Positions 36,418 to 49,800 of a stretch of 64,000 nt of DNA are shown in pieces; within the stretch, counting starts at the first letter, position 1; each line of letters opens with the position of its first letter. The notes under the pieces were generated by a model. The model was not told the origin of the DNA, did no database searches, and saw only the letters and a list, made by a program, of their open reading frames with translations. Source of the stretch: Centroscyllium fabricii (taxonomy: Eukaryota); NCBI GenBank assembly GCA_051313645.2, contig JBNRSN020000010.1, positions 132,680,001 to 132,744,000 of the forward strand, in the 5' to 3' direction. A program made the position numbers and the translations under genes.

Positions 36418-36980
36418 TTTTGTAACCAGTGAATTAACTATTACTGTTTCAAACCAGTTAAGGCACAAAACAAATAAACAGCTACTCGTATTGAGCAAAT
36501 AAAATGAAGTAAATTAAAATAAATTTAAACTCAAAATACACTACAATATATAAATAAAAATAAAAATGCTTTGTCTCAATCACTCCTGCTGAGGCTAAAC
36601 TCCTTAATCTTCTGGCCTCCCATATGAATAAATAATAGCTTTTTAGATGAAGTCCAAGTTAGCCCAGAAAAAATAACTTCAAATAACTCATCTCTTTGTA
36701 TACTCAGAAATGTTTTTTACTTGAAAAAAATGATGTCCCAGGCGATGTTGCTGGATTGTTTGCTTTTAAAGAGGACATTTGTGTGCAGTAACTGCTTTTA
36801 AAAAATGATGGTGCGGTCGGAAAGCTTCACTTTCTTGACTTTTTTTTGTAATAGAATTGGAACAATTCTTATACAGGGTACCAGCTATTAAGGTAATCCG
36901 AAATAGAACAGAAATAGACAAGTTATAGAAACATTTCACAGTAACATTTGTTGTTATGGTTGTGAACCTCAAACAGACTA

Positions 36981-37753
36981 TGGGGGAAACATTCGGTTGG
37001 TTAACGCCTCCCGTTAGCGCCTCTAGGGGTGCTAACGGGGCACTAGGAACTAAGTGCCCGAGTGCGGTGATTTTAGTGCCGCTCGCGAAATTGACCAGTT
37101 GTTTTGCAGTGGAGCTAAACACTACCGCCATGCTCTCCTGCGCCCACAGATCGTGACGTCCGTCGAGCGTGTAACACCCCGGTAGCGCTTCGGACTGGAT
37201 ATTGAGTCGTGCCCCCTGCCTTAGCGCCTGCCGCTAGGAACGATGGGTAGAGGGCAACGTTTTCAAGTTGGGAAGGGGCTGGGGGAGCGCTATTTAAAGA
37301 TGGGCACTTCCAGCCTTTCCTTGTTGGCAAAATTTTTGGTTTTAAGGAGTTTTGGCACTCAGCACCACTTTTGAGGTTCCTAAGCGCCGAGCTCCTTCCC
37401 TGGGCCTATCCATTAGTGCTTCCAACACAATTGCTTTCGAGGTCTCTCCAGGCTGAGATTCAAGGCTGCAATGAGCAGGGTGTGGCTGGCCAGCAAGATG
37501 ACCCCTCCCCTTTAAGAACTGGACAGCACCAGTGTGTCTGGCTTCCATGGTAATTGGCATCGCCTGAGCTTCGGTAGCGTTCTGAGGTAGTGCCTCGCTC
37601 CCTGACGTTAGTGCCTGATTTAGCACTGAAATCACCTCCAGGGGTGATAGTGACGAATTTTGCACTCAGAAGTGATAATTAGCGCCGGGCGCTAAACTAT
37701 GCGCTCGGCCGATATTAGCGCCCCAAAATGGGCGATATCCAATTTTCCCCCCT
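36981..37753. mobile_element. Harbinger-like MITE
   Basis: GGGGGAAA ... AATTTTCCCCCC termini; TAGCGCC subterminal motifs shared with 24340-24570. Confidence 0.6.
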
Positions 37754-39019
37754 ATATTTTCTAATTGGTTATACACAATTTCCAGGCATAAAGTAGGCAT
37801 TGCTGATTGGAAAATGGGGGCCAGATCCATCATTCCAGACTTCCACCCACCTTGGAGCTGTTAGAAGCTAGCAGGAGCTTTATTTCGATGATGTTCCAAT
37901 GATGTTACTTTGGTGTCCTTACAATCTCCCAGCAGTCATGTGTGCATTACACTGAGTGATCTAACTGCCCATGTAAAATTGGCATTCAGGTTGTTTGGCA
38001 CTGTGGTGTTTATCGAAGTTCATTTGAAGAATTTTGAAAGCAGATTCCTGAATACATTTTCAGACTATTTAATATATAATTTCTTGGTTTCTTTTTGAAT
38101 TTTTTGCTGCTGTGATTTGTTTTTTCAGGAGCCTTTGCGGCAATTGTTGCGGTGCAGCCATTTTTTTCCATAGCTGCACTTGCACCTTAATGGATATTCC
38201 TATGGGAATCCTATTTTAACTTTTTGCTGGAAGAGAGACCAATGGAGAGTCAAGCTGCACCAGAGGTAATCTTCACCCAAGTACCTTTACCCCCCCACCC
38301 CCCACCGGAACCACAGCAACAGGTACACATGCAGTAGTGCCTATGGAAATGTTGATTTCCAGGAGATGGCATGACTGAGTTATTCTGTGTGCTCGATGCA
38401 GACCTGCAGCCGAATTTCACCACAGGCCAGGAACTGCTAATGGCTTTCAAATCAAAACCACTCTTTAAATTTATGCTTTGGGGTCATTTCAGGCTACCAA
38501 GAGGAATATCAACAACATAATTCAATTATCTGTCCACATATGTGTAAAGCAAATAATGTGTGCCTTGTTTGTTCAAGAAAACAATTTCATCTCCTTCTCC
38601 ATGGTCAGCTAATAGCAGCATGAGAAGGCTCTGCAATTTTATAGAGTGGCAGAGATCCCTATGTAGTTCTACATGCTCCATTGCACAATGCCACTACATA
38701 TATGAATAGGAAAAAATTCCATTCTCTCACTCTTCAGCTTGTTTGCAATCATCAGCATCATCTTAATTCTCCCCTTCCTGCTCTCAATGCTGTCTGCGCG
38801 TAAACAGAGTGTCTCATTTGGGAATTTGGAAAGAGTGGGAATTCGGAGAAGGGGGGAAGGAGTTGTTGTTTTTTGCCGACGCTACTTGTAGTGCTTTGTG
38901 TTACAAATGGATATTTAATTTCATTACCCATAACTTAATCTAGATCAATTAAGTAGTCAAGAAACTAAACTGTAAACTAAGTTACTTAAATACAAATGTA
39001 ATTAAATAGAAGAAGGTCA

Positions 39020-42000
39020 TATAGTGATGGCAGTGCAGGTGGTGTACCTCAACTGCTGCGTGTGGGAGTTTGTGGAGAGCATTGTGATCCTGGACAACCA
39101 CATTTGAAGTAAGTGTCTGCATCTTAAGAAACTTCAGCTCAGAGTTTTTGAGATGGAGTCCGAAGTGCAGACATTGCTGGGCATCAGGGAGGGGGAGAGT
39201 TACCTGGACACTTTGATCCAGGAGGCAGTCACACCCCTTAGGTTAGGTAGTGGTACAGGTCTGTTTACTGGTCAGGGACAGGAGGGTGTGACTGCAACTC
39301 AGGCAGGTAAGGGTCCCCAGGTGAAGTGTTGGAGGAGCCTTGGCATTTGTCCTTATCCAACAGGTATGAGGTTCTTGCTGCCTGTGTGGTTGAGGGAAAA
39401 GCCTGCAGGATGAATGAGCAAGCTGACCACAGCACCATGGTGCAGGAGGCCATTCAAGTCATGGGGAGTGAAAGGGGATGTAGTTGTGGTAGGGGACAGT
39501 ATAGTCAGTGAGATAGATACTGTTCTCTACAGCTGTGACCGAGACTGCAGAAGGTTGTGTTGCCTGCCCGGTGCCATGGTTAAAGACATCTCCTTATGGC
39601 TGGAGAAGAACTTGGAGTGGGAAGGGAGGATTCAGTTGTCCTGGTCTATGTAGGAACCATCAACATAGGTAGAACTAGGAATGAGGTTCTACTGAGAGAG
39701 TTTGAGTCCAAAATAAAAAGCAGAACCTCAAAGGTAATAATCTCTGGATTGGTACCTGAGCCACGTGCCAATTGGCATAGGGATAATCAGATTAGAAGGT
39801 TAAATGCGTGGCTCAAAGAGTGGTACAAGAGGTGTGGTTCATGGGGCACTGACACCAGTACTGGGGAAAGAGGGAGCTGTTCTGTTGGAACGGGCTCCCC
39901 TTAAACCGGGCTGGGACCAGTGTCCTGGCGAATCGAATAACTAGGGCAGTAGACAAGGCTTTAAACTAATGAAGAGGGGTGAGACGATTCAGGAAAGATT
40001 CAATTTAAAAGCAGCGAGAGAAATGTCAAGGCTCCAGAACAGAGCAGAGTTTTGGGTAAAAATAAGCAAAGTGGGTCTGGAAGGGACAGAGGTAATAGGG
40101 CATCAGTGACTATGGTGACATCAGGGAAAAATAGAAAAAGTCAAAGCTAAGGGCATTATATCTGAATGCGTGAAGCATTTGCAACAAAATAGATGAATTA
40201 ATAGCATAGATAGAAATTAATAGGTTTGCAAAGTGACCAAGGTTGGGAACTAAATATAATGTGGGAACTAAATAGTCCAGGATACATAACTTTTAGAAGT
40301 CATAGGCAAAATGGAAAAGGAGGAGGGGTAGCCCTGATAGTAAAGGATGGGATAAAGACAGGAGAGAGAAAGGATTTTAGCTCTGGAAAATCAGGAAGTT
40401 GAATCAGTTTGGATGGAGCTAAGAAACAGCAAGGGGCAGAAAACATTGGTGGAAGTTGTTTATAGGCCCCCAAACAGTAGTTGTAATGTAGGGCAGAGTA
40501 TAAATCAGGAAATTAGAGGTGCATGTGACAAAGTTAATACAGTAATCAAGGGGGGCTTTAATCTACATATAGACTGGGCAAACCAAGTTTGCAGTAATAG
40601 TGTGGAGGACGAATTCATGGAATGTATGCAAGATAGTTTTCTAGATCAGTATGTTGAGGAACCAACTAGAGAACAGGCTATTTTAGATCCAGTGTTGTGC
40701 AATAAGAAAGGATTAATTAATAACCTTGCCATAAAGGGGCCCTTAGGGAACAGTGACCATAATATAACAGAATTATATATTGAGTTTGAAAGTGATTTAG
40801 TTAAATCTGAATCTAGGGTCTTAAATCTAAACAAAGCAAACTATGTAGGTACCGGAGTAAGTTGGCTAAGGTAGATTGGGAAACTACATTAAAAGGTATG
40901 ACAGTAGGCAAACAATGGCTAGCATTTAAAAGATTAATACATAATTTACAACAAATATAGATTCCTTTCAGGCACAAAAACTGCACAAGAAAAGTGGTTC
41001 AACCGTGGCTAACAAGAAAAGTTAAAGATCGTATTAGATCAAAGGAAGAGGCTTATAATGTTGCCAAAAAAGAGCTGTAAGCCTGAGGACTGGGAGGATT
41101 TCAAAATTCAGCAAAGGAGGGCCAAGAAATTGATAAACAAAGGGAAAATAGAATATGAGAGTTATCTAGTGAGAGACATAAAAACAGAGTGTAAAAGCTT
41201 CTAGGTATGTAAAAAGGAAAAGATTAGCGAAAGTAAGTCAGGCTGAGAAAGGAGAAATTATAATGGGGAATAAGGAAATGGCAGAGAAATTAAACAAATA
41301 CTTTTTCCGGAATTTTGAAGGTGCTCGGGGCGGGATTGGAGGTGGGATATCCGGCAAAATCGCAAAGATTGACAGCGGGTCATACACCCGCTTTCAAGCT
41401 GCCTCCAAACAATCTTCCCAGGTGTCAGGTCCCCGATTTGTGCATGGACCCAACACCTAGCTGCAGGAAGAGGATTATAGGCACTTAACTACTTGTTAAC
41501 AGGTTGTTAACAGGCAGTTAAGAGTTTTTTGCAATTTTGACAGGCCTACTGCTGGCTTCCCGATGTCCGGACACCACGGCAGGTAAGTGTGGCATGCAGT
41601 GGGTCTACTGTAATGTTTCTGCATTGATGACAGCTGCAGAAGTGGTGTGAAGGATCCATTGGTGTGCTGGTGAGTTTCAGAGGTAAGAAAATGTTGGGAA
41701 AATCATTTTGTAATGCATTTACACTTTTCTGTAGGTGACACGTTTGGGATTGTTTGTGTAATCCCACCTCATAGAAACATAGAAACATAGAAACTAGGAG
41801 CAGGAGTAGGCCATTCGGCCCTTCGAGCCTGCTTCGCCATTCAATGAGATCATGGCTAATCATCCAAACCCAGTACCCCGCCCCTGCCCTCTCCCCATAT
41901 CCCTCGATCCCTATCGAGCCTACATCGACACATATCCCACCCTATCCCCGTAACCCCACATATTTAATCCCCCTAACACTAAGGGTCAATTTTATCATTG

Positions 42001-43000
42001 GGAGAACCTCTCTCACCAGTGACAGATTGCTTCTTTAACCTCACCTGCAACTGCCATCTGTTCTAGCCTAAAGAGAGAGTCGCTAGAGAGCCTGGGTGCA
42101 AGAGCTCACCTTTGTACAGTGATTGTCAGTGTTTGCAGCACCTCAATGCTGTCAAACACTGTATAATCAGCTGTCAAAAAATTGTGCATGGCCCTGTTAT
42201 GAAAACTGGCATATGACGTGTCATCAACTGATGTTGTCTGATTCCAGCTTCCTCTTAATTGGCCAGCAAGCCCACAGGGTGGGCTTAACAAGGCCAATTG
42301 ACGCAAAATAGCGTCTGTGCATCTGATGTCATTGGGAGCAGGACCAGAACCCAGAAGGCAGCTGTCCTGCCCCCAAGCTGCATCGATAGGAAAAATCATT
42401 GCCTTTGTGTCTGTCTTCATGGAAGAAGATGCAAAAAACCTCCCAGAAATAGTGGGGAACCAAGGGTCTAGCGAGAATGAGGAACTGAAAGAAATTAGTA
42501 TTAATTTTAAAAAGTACGGGAGAAATTAATGGAACTGAAAGCTGATAAATCGCCTGGATCTGATGGTCTACATCCTAGGGTTTTGAAAGAGGTGGCTATA
42601 GAGATACTGGATGCGTTGGTTGTCATCTTTCAAAATTCCATCGATTCTAGAATGCTTTCCATGGATTAGAAGGTAGCAAATGTAGCCCTGCTATTTAAGA
42701 AAGGAGGGAGAGAGAAAACAAGGAACTACAGACCAGTTAGCCTGACATCAGTAGGGAAATGCTAGAATCTATTATTAAGGACGTGGTATCAGGGCACTTA
42801 GAAAACAATAATACGATTGGGCAGAGTCAACATGGATTTATAAAAAGGGAAATCATGTTTGACGAATCTGGTTTTTGAGGTTGTAACTAGCAGAATAGAT
42901 AAGGGGAAACCAGTGGATGTGGTGTATTTGGAGTTTCAGACGGCATTTGATAAGGTGCCACACAACAGGTTATTAAACAAAATGAGGGCTCATGGGATTA
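39020..43000 (+). mobile_element. Degraded long CR1 LINE (ORF1 esterase, endonuclease, RT), interrupted at about 41285-42400
   Basis: LSNRYEVL, VVVGDSIV, CLPGA (ORF1); VVYRPPN, QYVEEPTR, LGNSDHN (endonuclease); RT motifs at 42550-42990. Confidence 0.88.
41770..41998 (-). mobile_element. 5'-truncated V-SINE/CR1 tail, nested inside a probable MITE within the CR1
   Basis: Matches 22746-22965. Confidence 0.75.
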
Positions 43001-43274
43001 ACCATGAGTTTTGAATCTCAGCTGGATCATCAAGGGGGTAGAAGATGTGAAGGGTGGAGGGGTAGGAAGCAGAGGTGGGATACTTGCCAATGGTGAGAAA
43101 GGGAGAGTAACTCGCTCCACACCACGCTCAGACACCTCTTAGGCTGCATTTTCAGTGCATCAGGTTCCAGCGAGGTAGAACCCAGTTTATATTGTTTGGC
43201 TCCACTCAGACTGGAATGCTAACCATCCTGCCCAGAAGAGAAATCTGCATGCACTTGATACTTAGATGTGAAGA

Positions 43275-43545
43275 ACTCTCTCCCAACAGTTTGAAATAAG
43301 AAATAGGAGCATGAGTAGATCATTCGGCCCTTCGAGCCTGCTCCACCTTTCAATAAGATCATGGCAGATCTTTTACCTCCTCGCCCCATTCCAGCACTAC
43401 CCCCATATCCCTTAATTCCCTTAATATCCAAAGATTGATCGATCGCTGTCTTGAATATACTCAATGACTGAGCATCCACAGCCCTCTAGGCTAGAGAATT
43501 TTAAAAATTCACAACCGTTTGAAGAAATTTCTCCTCATCTCAGTA
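43275..43545 (-). mobile_element. CR1 3' end fragment
   Basis: Similar to 19290-19545. Confidence 0.75.
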
Positions 43546-44067
43546 AACACATATAGACATATTAGAAAGAGTACAGATGGTACTTGTTTTGCACTAAATC
43601 ATTGTTTCCTTCCTAATTATGTTTTTCATGGGTGTTAAGATGTAATTTCCCTATCTTAACCCATAGACACTGTGTTATAGAATACAATTAAATGATGGTA
43701 GTTAATTTTCGAAAGCTGTTTATGTAAATGCCTGAATAGATATTTAAATTAATTTTCCCATTTGACTCTGAGTTTTAATGTCCTTTGGAACCTCTCAAAC
43801 ATATCTACATTTTATACAATAAAGTATCTTCAAAGTTGATTATCTGTCATTTATAATACTAATTAAAGCTAAAATTATATATGGAGCTTATTTAAATGTG
43901 CATCATTATGAGGAATTTCTAACTTACAACTTTCAGCAATAAATATAATTAAATAATTGAAATGCAAGTGTTTTGAAGATCCACACTAATGTAGCAATTC
44001 AAAGTAGAATTAATCACAACATGATGGTATAATTTCACGGGATGCTAATGTAACATTTGTCTATGGG

Positions 44068-44293
44068 CAACGTTCCCTCTAATTTTTAATGGTCTATGTG
44101 CGCAAAAATGTTATGCTGTGCAAATTTGTCCCAGTGACAAAAAATATGTACACACTGAATTCTTGAGCGCATGTAAACGTGAAATTATTAAGATAATTTT
44201 GGTGTATATCTCAACTTTTTGTGCGCAGTTTAATTTACTTAGTGCACTGGTTGCATAACATGTGTGCGCGCGCATAGCTTAGAGGGAACATTG
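44068..44293. mobile_element. hAT-type MITE, 226 bp
   Basis: TIR CAACGTTCCCTCTAA / TTAGAGGGAACATTG; perfect 8-bp TSD TCTATGGG (44060-44067, 44294-44301). Confidence 0.9.
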
Positions 44294-45128
44294 TCTATGG
44301 GGAATGGGACTACTGTCACATTTCTTGTCAGAGTTAGACCGAGCATATAACAGGTCTGGCGGTGTGGCTGTCTATGCTGATGAGCACAATCATACCACAC
44401 TTAAACTGCATTTACACTCCACAAGTGCAGCTTTCTACCAATCGTAAACATGGACAGGCAGTCATCCTTTACAGTCCTCCCCTCCCCGTCCCCCAAACAA
44501 ATGGTCCAGGAGGATAATCAAGTTACAGAAGGGCAGAGCGCCTAAAGCTCCTGTGTTAAATATATTAGCTAGTCGCCAAGTCTAGAAATGGACCACTGCA
44601 GACTTTTAGTGATGCCTGATGGGCTCTGCTACCAGCTTTAGAGCAGTGTAATCTGGCAACATTCAAATAAACTACAGGCTCAGGCAAACTAGAAAACTGT
44701 GTGTGCATGCAGAGTTCTACACATTAGCATTTACATTTAATGTTCCAAGAGGGCCAAAATGAAAGTTGACTCTTTGCTAACATTTTAATATAGAAAAATA
44801 AAGTTTACAAAGTTCTTTATGCTGTAAGCCTACCTCCTGGAGTTCCTCTTGCTAAACTGAACCAGAGTTGAATCTGTGGCAGTTATGCTGCAGATTACGC
44901 ATCAATTAATGATGTAAAATGTGTAGTACAACTGGCCCACCAAAACTAACAAATAATTTCCAGCTCAATTACAATGATATAGCATTATGCTGTATCTATT
45001 AATATTATTACAGATACTGAGTAAACACGTATTACTTTTGAAATTAAAATAGAACTCAGGATTTTAGGTGACTTTTACTTTTAAAACTGTGTTGTAATGA
45101 CAGCCTAGATCTGGAAATATATAGTCAA

Positions 45129-45148
45129 ACTACAACTCCCAGCATGCA
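45129..45148 (+). promoter_or_regulatory. ZNF143/Staf extended motif
   Basis: ACTACAACTCCCAGCATGCA matches the ACTACA-n-n-TCCCA consensus. Confidence 0.5.
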
Positions 45149-45843
45149 TTATCAGAGCCTGTGACCAAGCTGGTGAAACATGGCAGGTTTTCACACTGAT
45201 ACCCAGCAGCTTGACAACTTCCAGCCTTTAGCTGCGGTGACAAGAACCCATTTACCTGTTAAAAGCTCATTACTGTTTCTTAAATTGTATTGAAAAAAAT
45301 ACTTCAAAACAAGTTATTATTTGGTAACTAATATCTGTGAAAAATGTCATTATATTAAAGGATGCTTTGACAATAAATACTGGTCTACATGCAACTCATC
45401 AAATTGATACTAAACCTCTTTAGACGGTCCAACTAAAACGTAACCATTGGACGCTTTCCTTCTGCAATATGTATTTTTTTTAATTCACTTTCATTTGCAA
45501 TAATTCAGCTAATAAGAAAAGCTGATATTCTAGTGAGTCTTATGTCAATTAGGTACATTTACAAAAATTCATTTATCTGCTACCATAATGGCATTGCAAG
45601 CATCCACGTCGAGTTTTATAAAGACATGAGTGTTCATATTTGTGAATTAATGGTTACGGTATTTTACAATTAACCTAATTTGTAACCTAATTAGGTTTTA
45701 CTTGCAGTTTGAAATGTGGGTGAAAGTGCATGTTCTAATTTATTTAATATGTTGGGCACGCAACTGATTTTCCACTTCCTGTGCTGTAACCTGTTTTCCT
45801 ATTTATGGGTTTGACCTGATACCATTGAGACATAACAATGTAG

Positions 45844-46094
45844 AATAATAATAATAATAATTCAACTTTATTGTCATTATACAATGTACAAGTACATGAA
45901 CAACGAAATGTGATCATGCAAGCTCCCAAGAGTCCCGCAAAGCCGCTGCGTCTGTGCGCGTCGCCATTCCATCTCTCCATCTCTCCAACAATCTTCAGCC
46001 AACCGCCCCTCCCCGGGGCTCCTTTCGTGACCTTCTGCACCTGGTATTCCCTCCTCCAAGTACTAACCAGGCCTGGCTCTGCTTAGCTTCCAAG
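45844..46094 (-). mobile_element. 5S rRNA-derived SINE (SINE3-like) with a LINE-type tail and (TTA)n
   Basis: Minus strand GGAAGCTAAGCAG...GGCCTGGTTAGTACTTGGA...GGGAATACCAGGTGC (5S internal control region); 3' end AATGACAATAAAGTTGAA-(TTA)n. Confidence 0.75.
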
Positions 46095-46654
46095 CCTTGC
46101 CAGTGGCCCTGGCCCTGGCCCTGTCCCTAGTCCCAGGAACAGGCCAGGAATATTACTTGTATAACATCATCTGAAATGATGGAAGTGAATCAATAAATAA
46201 TCAGGCTTGCTGATAGTACAACATAAAGTTTTGCACTTTATATTACCTCCTTCATGAGTGGCCCGAGATAAGTATTTCACTCCATGCTCTGGAGAAGCAG
46301 TTCATCATGTCAGCAGAAACTCCAATGCAGGTTGTATCTAAAACTTGAAAACTTGTATTATAATAGTTAGTTGAATAAAAACCCTATATAATTTCAGCAT
46401 CTGTTGTAGGGTTATTATGTGAATAAAATGTGCAAGTAGGACAATTGCGTGCGAAAGATGCAGATACATAGTTGAGAGTTATGGATAATTATGGAATGTG
46501 GAAGTGTCCGTTTAAGCGGGTAGTTTCTTTTTGAAGAAATCCAGCCATAAATAACCTGCGCTCAGGGCTGGGAGTCAAGTTCCTCCGCAAATCTCGCCTC
46601 TGGAATTAAAACAAAAAGCAACAAGGCAGGTTACTCTGGGTTTGGGGGAGCGCC

Positions 46655-46830
46655 TGTGCTCTAATCCTATAGTTCCACCTAATTAATTTCTCTTTTATGG
46701 AGCAGCATTGCATGATTGTATCTTGTTTGAAGGAGATTAAGAGTCGCACACTTCATTAGCAAGGTGTAAATGATCGGAGCCCCTCTCCATCCACCTGCCT
46801 AATTGGGTTAATGAAGTGTCTCTGCGGAAT
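46655..46830. promoter_or_regulatory. Candidate conserved enhancer 3' of Otx2
   Basis: TAATCC, TAATTAAT, TTTATGG, GATTA and CTAATTG motifs clustered in unique sequence; conservation untested. Confidence 0.4.
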
Positions 46831-49800
46831 ATGCTGCAGAAACAAACCTCCCAATCCTCCCAGATTTACTGCTTTGAAACATCCAATCCTTCAACTGCAC
46901 AAAGACTACACTATCACACACTAGAGATCGCAAGGTTTCTTTTAAAACTTGATTTAAGGAAACTAATCTGATGTTTACTAAATTACTTCAAACTGCGTAA
47001 TGAGTACATTGTACTGGCTACAATGAGTCATTTAATTCGAATGCATTTTCTTGGGTGATCTAGCAAGATCCATCAATCTATTTAATAGTAATTAGAATAC
47101 ATGTTAAACCGGTTTCATTTGTTAAATACCCATTGATTGTGTAGCTGGGCAAGTGTCTCCATTTGTCAGCTGCAATGTCGCAGTAATAAACGAAAATCAC
47201 AGGAGGAAAATGATTTGTCAAACTCAAGGAAATCCCGGAGTCCAGCAGATTCAAACTGTACTGAAATTAATTCATGATTTAAAATAAACACTTAATTTAA
47301 CATCTCATGACTAAACAGTGCTGATCTGTTACACCGTTAGAAATATATCGATTTCACACTGAATGAAAGAATAAATATAACAATGCATTGTAGTAATTTT
47401 TCAAAGGAATATATTTGACTGTATTCTTTGTTGTGTTTTATTTAAATTAGGGCGATTCAAATATATTTCGGTGAATCCATCGCTGTGTTAGTGGTACATA
47501 AAATAGGTACAAACAATATTGTGTGATAGCAGGTAATCGGTGTAATCCTTGTGTTTGCTATCCGATGCACGAAGCTCCGATTCCTATTTTAACAGCAAAA
47601 GCGTTAACAGTCTGAATCTCAAAACGTTTCTAGGAAAACAACATTTACTTTCCAGTTTCAAGGTTTATTTCGGAAACTGGACATTCGCACAACAAAAACA
47701 AACCAAGCTCGATTGAGAACAGCAGATTTAAATTGCGATAAGCTGATAATCAAGCAGCGGGTTTAAAGCAGTTTTTAAGTGCTCCCCCTTTCTGGGTGCT
47801 TAGAGAGAAAATATTTTACCATACTCCATTAGAAGCTTGTAATCCACCATCAAAGTATGTTACAACGCTTTGCATCCACGGGTACGTTTTTAATAAACGC
47901 TCACAGAGTGAGGACATGAATGTATTGGCAATCAGGTTGTGTCAGTTTCGGGGCGTGCTGTAGTCTTCCAGGATCTGATAATCCAAGAGGGTTGCTTTTC
48001 TCAGTAAGCAATACATTCAGCAAATCGCCATCGTCCATAGGAACGAACTTCAATTATCTAGAAGGAGAGGTGTTATGTCCTCATTTAGGCCATATCCTGA
48101 TGATAATGGGTGTGTTATAAATCGGGACATCACACCTTTCTCTGTTCGGGTTGATGGGAATAGAGTGCATTCGGTGTGACAATTTAATTGAATCTGTTTA
48201 GGAAAATTAATGGTACATTTGCAGCAAGACCAACTTCATCAGAAAATGACCTGATACCAGCAACGCCCGGCATGTGACAGCCGAAAGGTTCTGCACCCAG
48301 AAAGCTCCTGGCGGTGCATCTGGAAAGAGCCACTAAATCGCCGTATTACCGCTTGGGGAGATATAATTGGCGGTGTTCATTTGAAATCGAAATATATATT
48401 TATTGGAAATGCTTTGATACTGTTGACTTTATTATGATCGACGGTAGTTTGAAATGTATTGCAATTCGGAGTTATCAATAAGTTTGTAATCATACACGTC
48501 ACACCTGCAAAACTGTTTATGTTGCCATCCAATCACATTTCAAAAGGTACAGACTGAAGGAAATGGTGTGTTGTGCCCCAGTCACGACCTGTGAGGACAT
48601 TAAAGGCGCGACGCCGTTAAGAGCGCTTAATACAAGTCAATCCCATTTAAACCCTAAACTCGTTTGAGGAACGTTATTCTCAGGTCTCAGAAACGAAAGG
48701 GACGTTTAATCTTATCCTCGTTAAGATTATAAAATGCATTGTGAAATACTTCATTGCTGCGCAATTTAGTCGTTAATCTTGTGGATCAACTATTACGGAA
48801 AACAGTCATTTTATATATGTATCTCTATCTATGGATGTCAATTCTCTATTACGTGACATGGATAAATACACTTAAATATTGAATTTGCTCTGAAATAAAT
48901 CAGAAGAGAATCACACGATCCCAGACCAAACATTTGACTAGAATCCGCCGCACATTCTCAATTTTAAAGTAATGGGCAGTGCGGTAAAGATCCACACCTG
49001 CAATCGGAAAGTGCGGAGAGTTCCTGGGTCTTAATGGAAGCTGTAGGTTTATCATCCAAAAGTAATGAACAACCCAGTATCTATAGCGGGTCACGTTGAA
49101 AGTATTTCTAGAGTGTGTCTAATGACAATTGTTCGATCAGCTTTGAATTTAGTTTACATTACTGCACAGAGAAATAAAGAGAGCTGGGATTTGAACAATC
49201 CGTAAAAATACCAAAACCCTAAAACGAATAAAGAAACTTGCTTTGTTAGAATTATATTATTTATGAATTCTACAAACGGACGGCTAGATAACATTTTGGA
49301 CTAATGGTTTCATCCGGGATAAGATACGATTAGTCGTGTATGAGATTAGAGCCGAGGACGTTTAATATTCAAAGGTCTAAATATTATCAGTCTGATACAC
49401 AACTTGTTAAACTCTGAACACTGGGAAGAAATGCAGTAAACAGCTCTTTCCCGTGTTATTAACCTGTTAGCGGACTGCTCGCAGCGCGCCTTCATTGCCG
49501 TCGCTGGACTTCAGGTTTGGAAACTCTACTGACAGGCGTCGATTGTGATGTTATTTTTTTTTTAATTTTTGGAAGTAATTGTGCTTAACAAACCCAGTCA
49601 TCTTTATTTAAAATATTACTTGATGAAAATAATACATATCATGTGCCGGGAATTTTCGGTGACCTGAGATGTCACTTTGTTGTTAACATTCAGGTGGTCC
49701 CTTGCCCCAGATGTTTGTTTTCTTCGAGTTGTGGCGATTGGGAATCATTTCTGTGGTAACATTGATCAGCAAAAAGTTGTATTATAGTTTTATAACTGGA

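Noticed and set aside
46030-46094. 5S rRNA gene
   Set aside because: Partial, internally deleted and fused to a retroposon tail.
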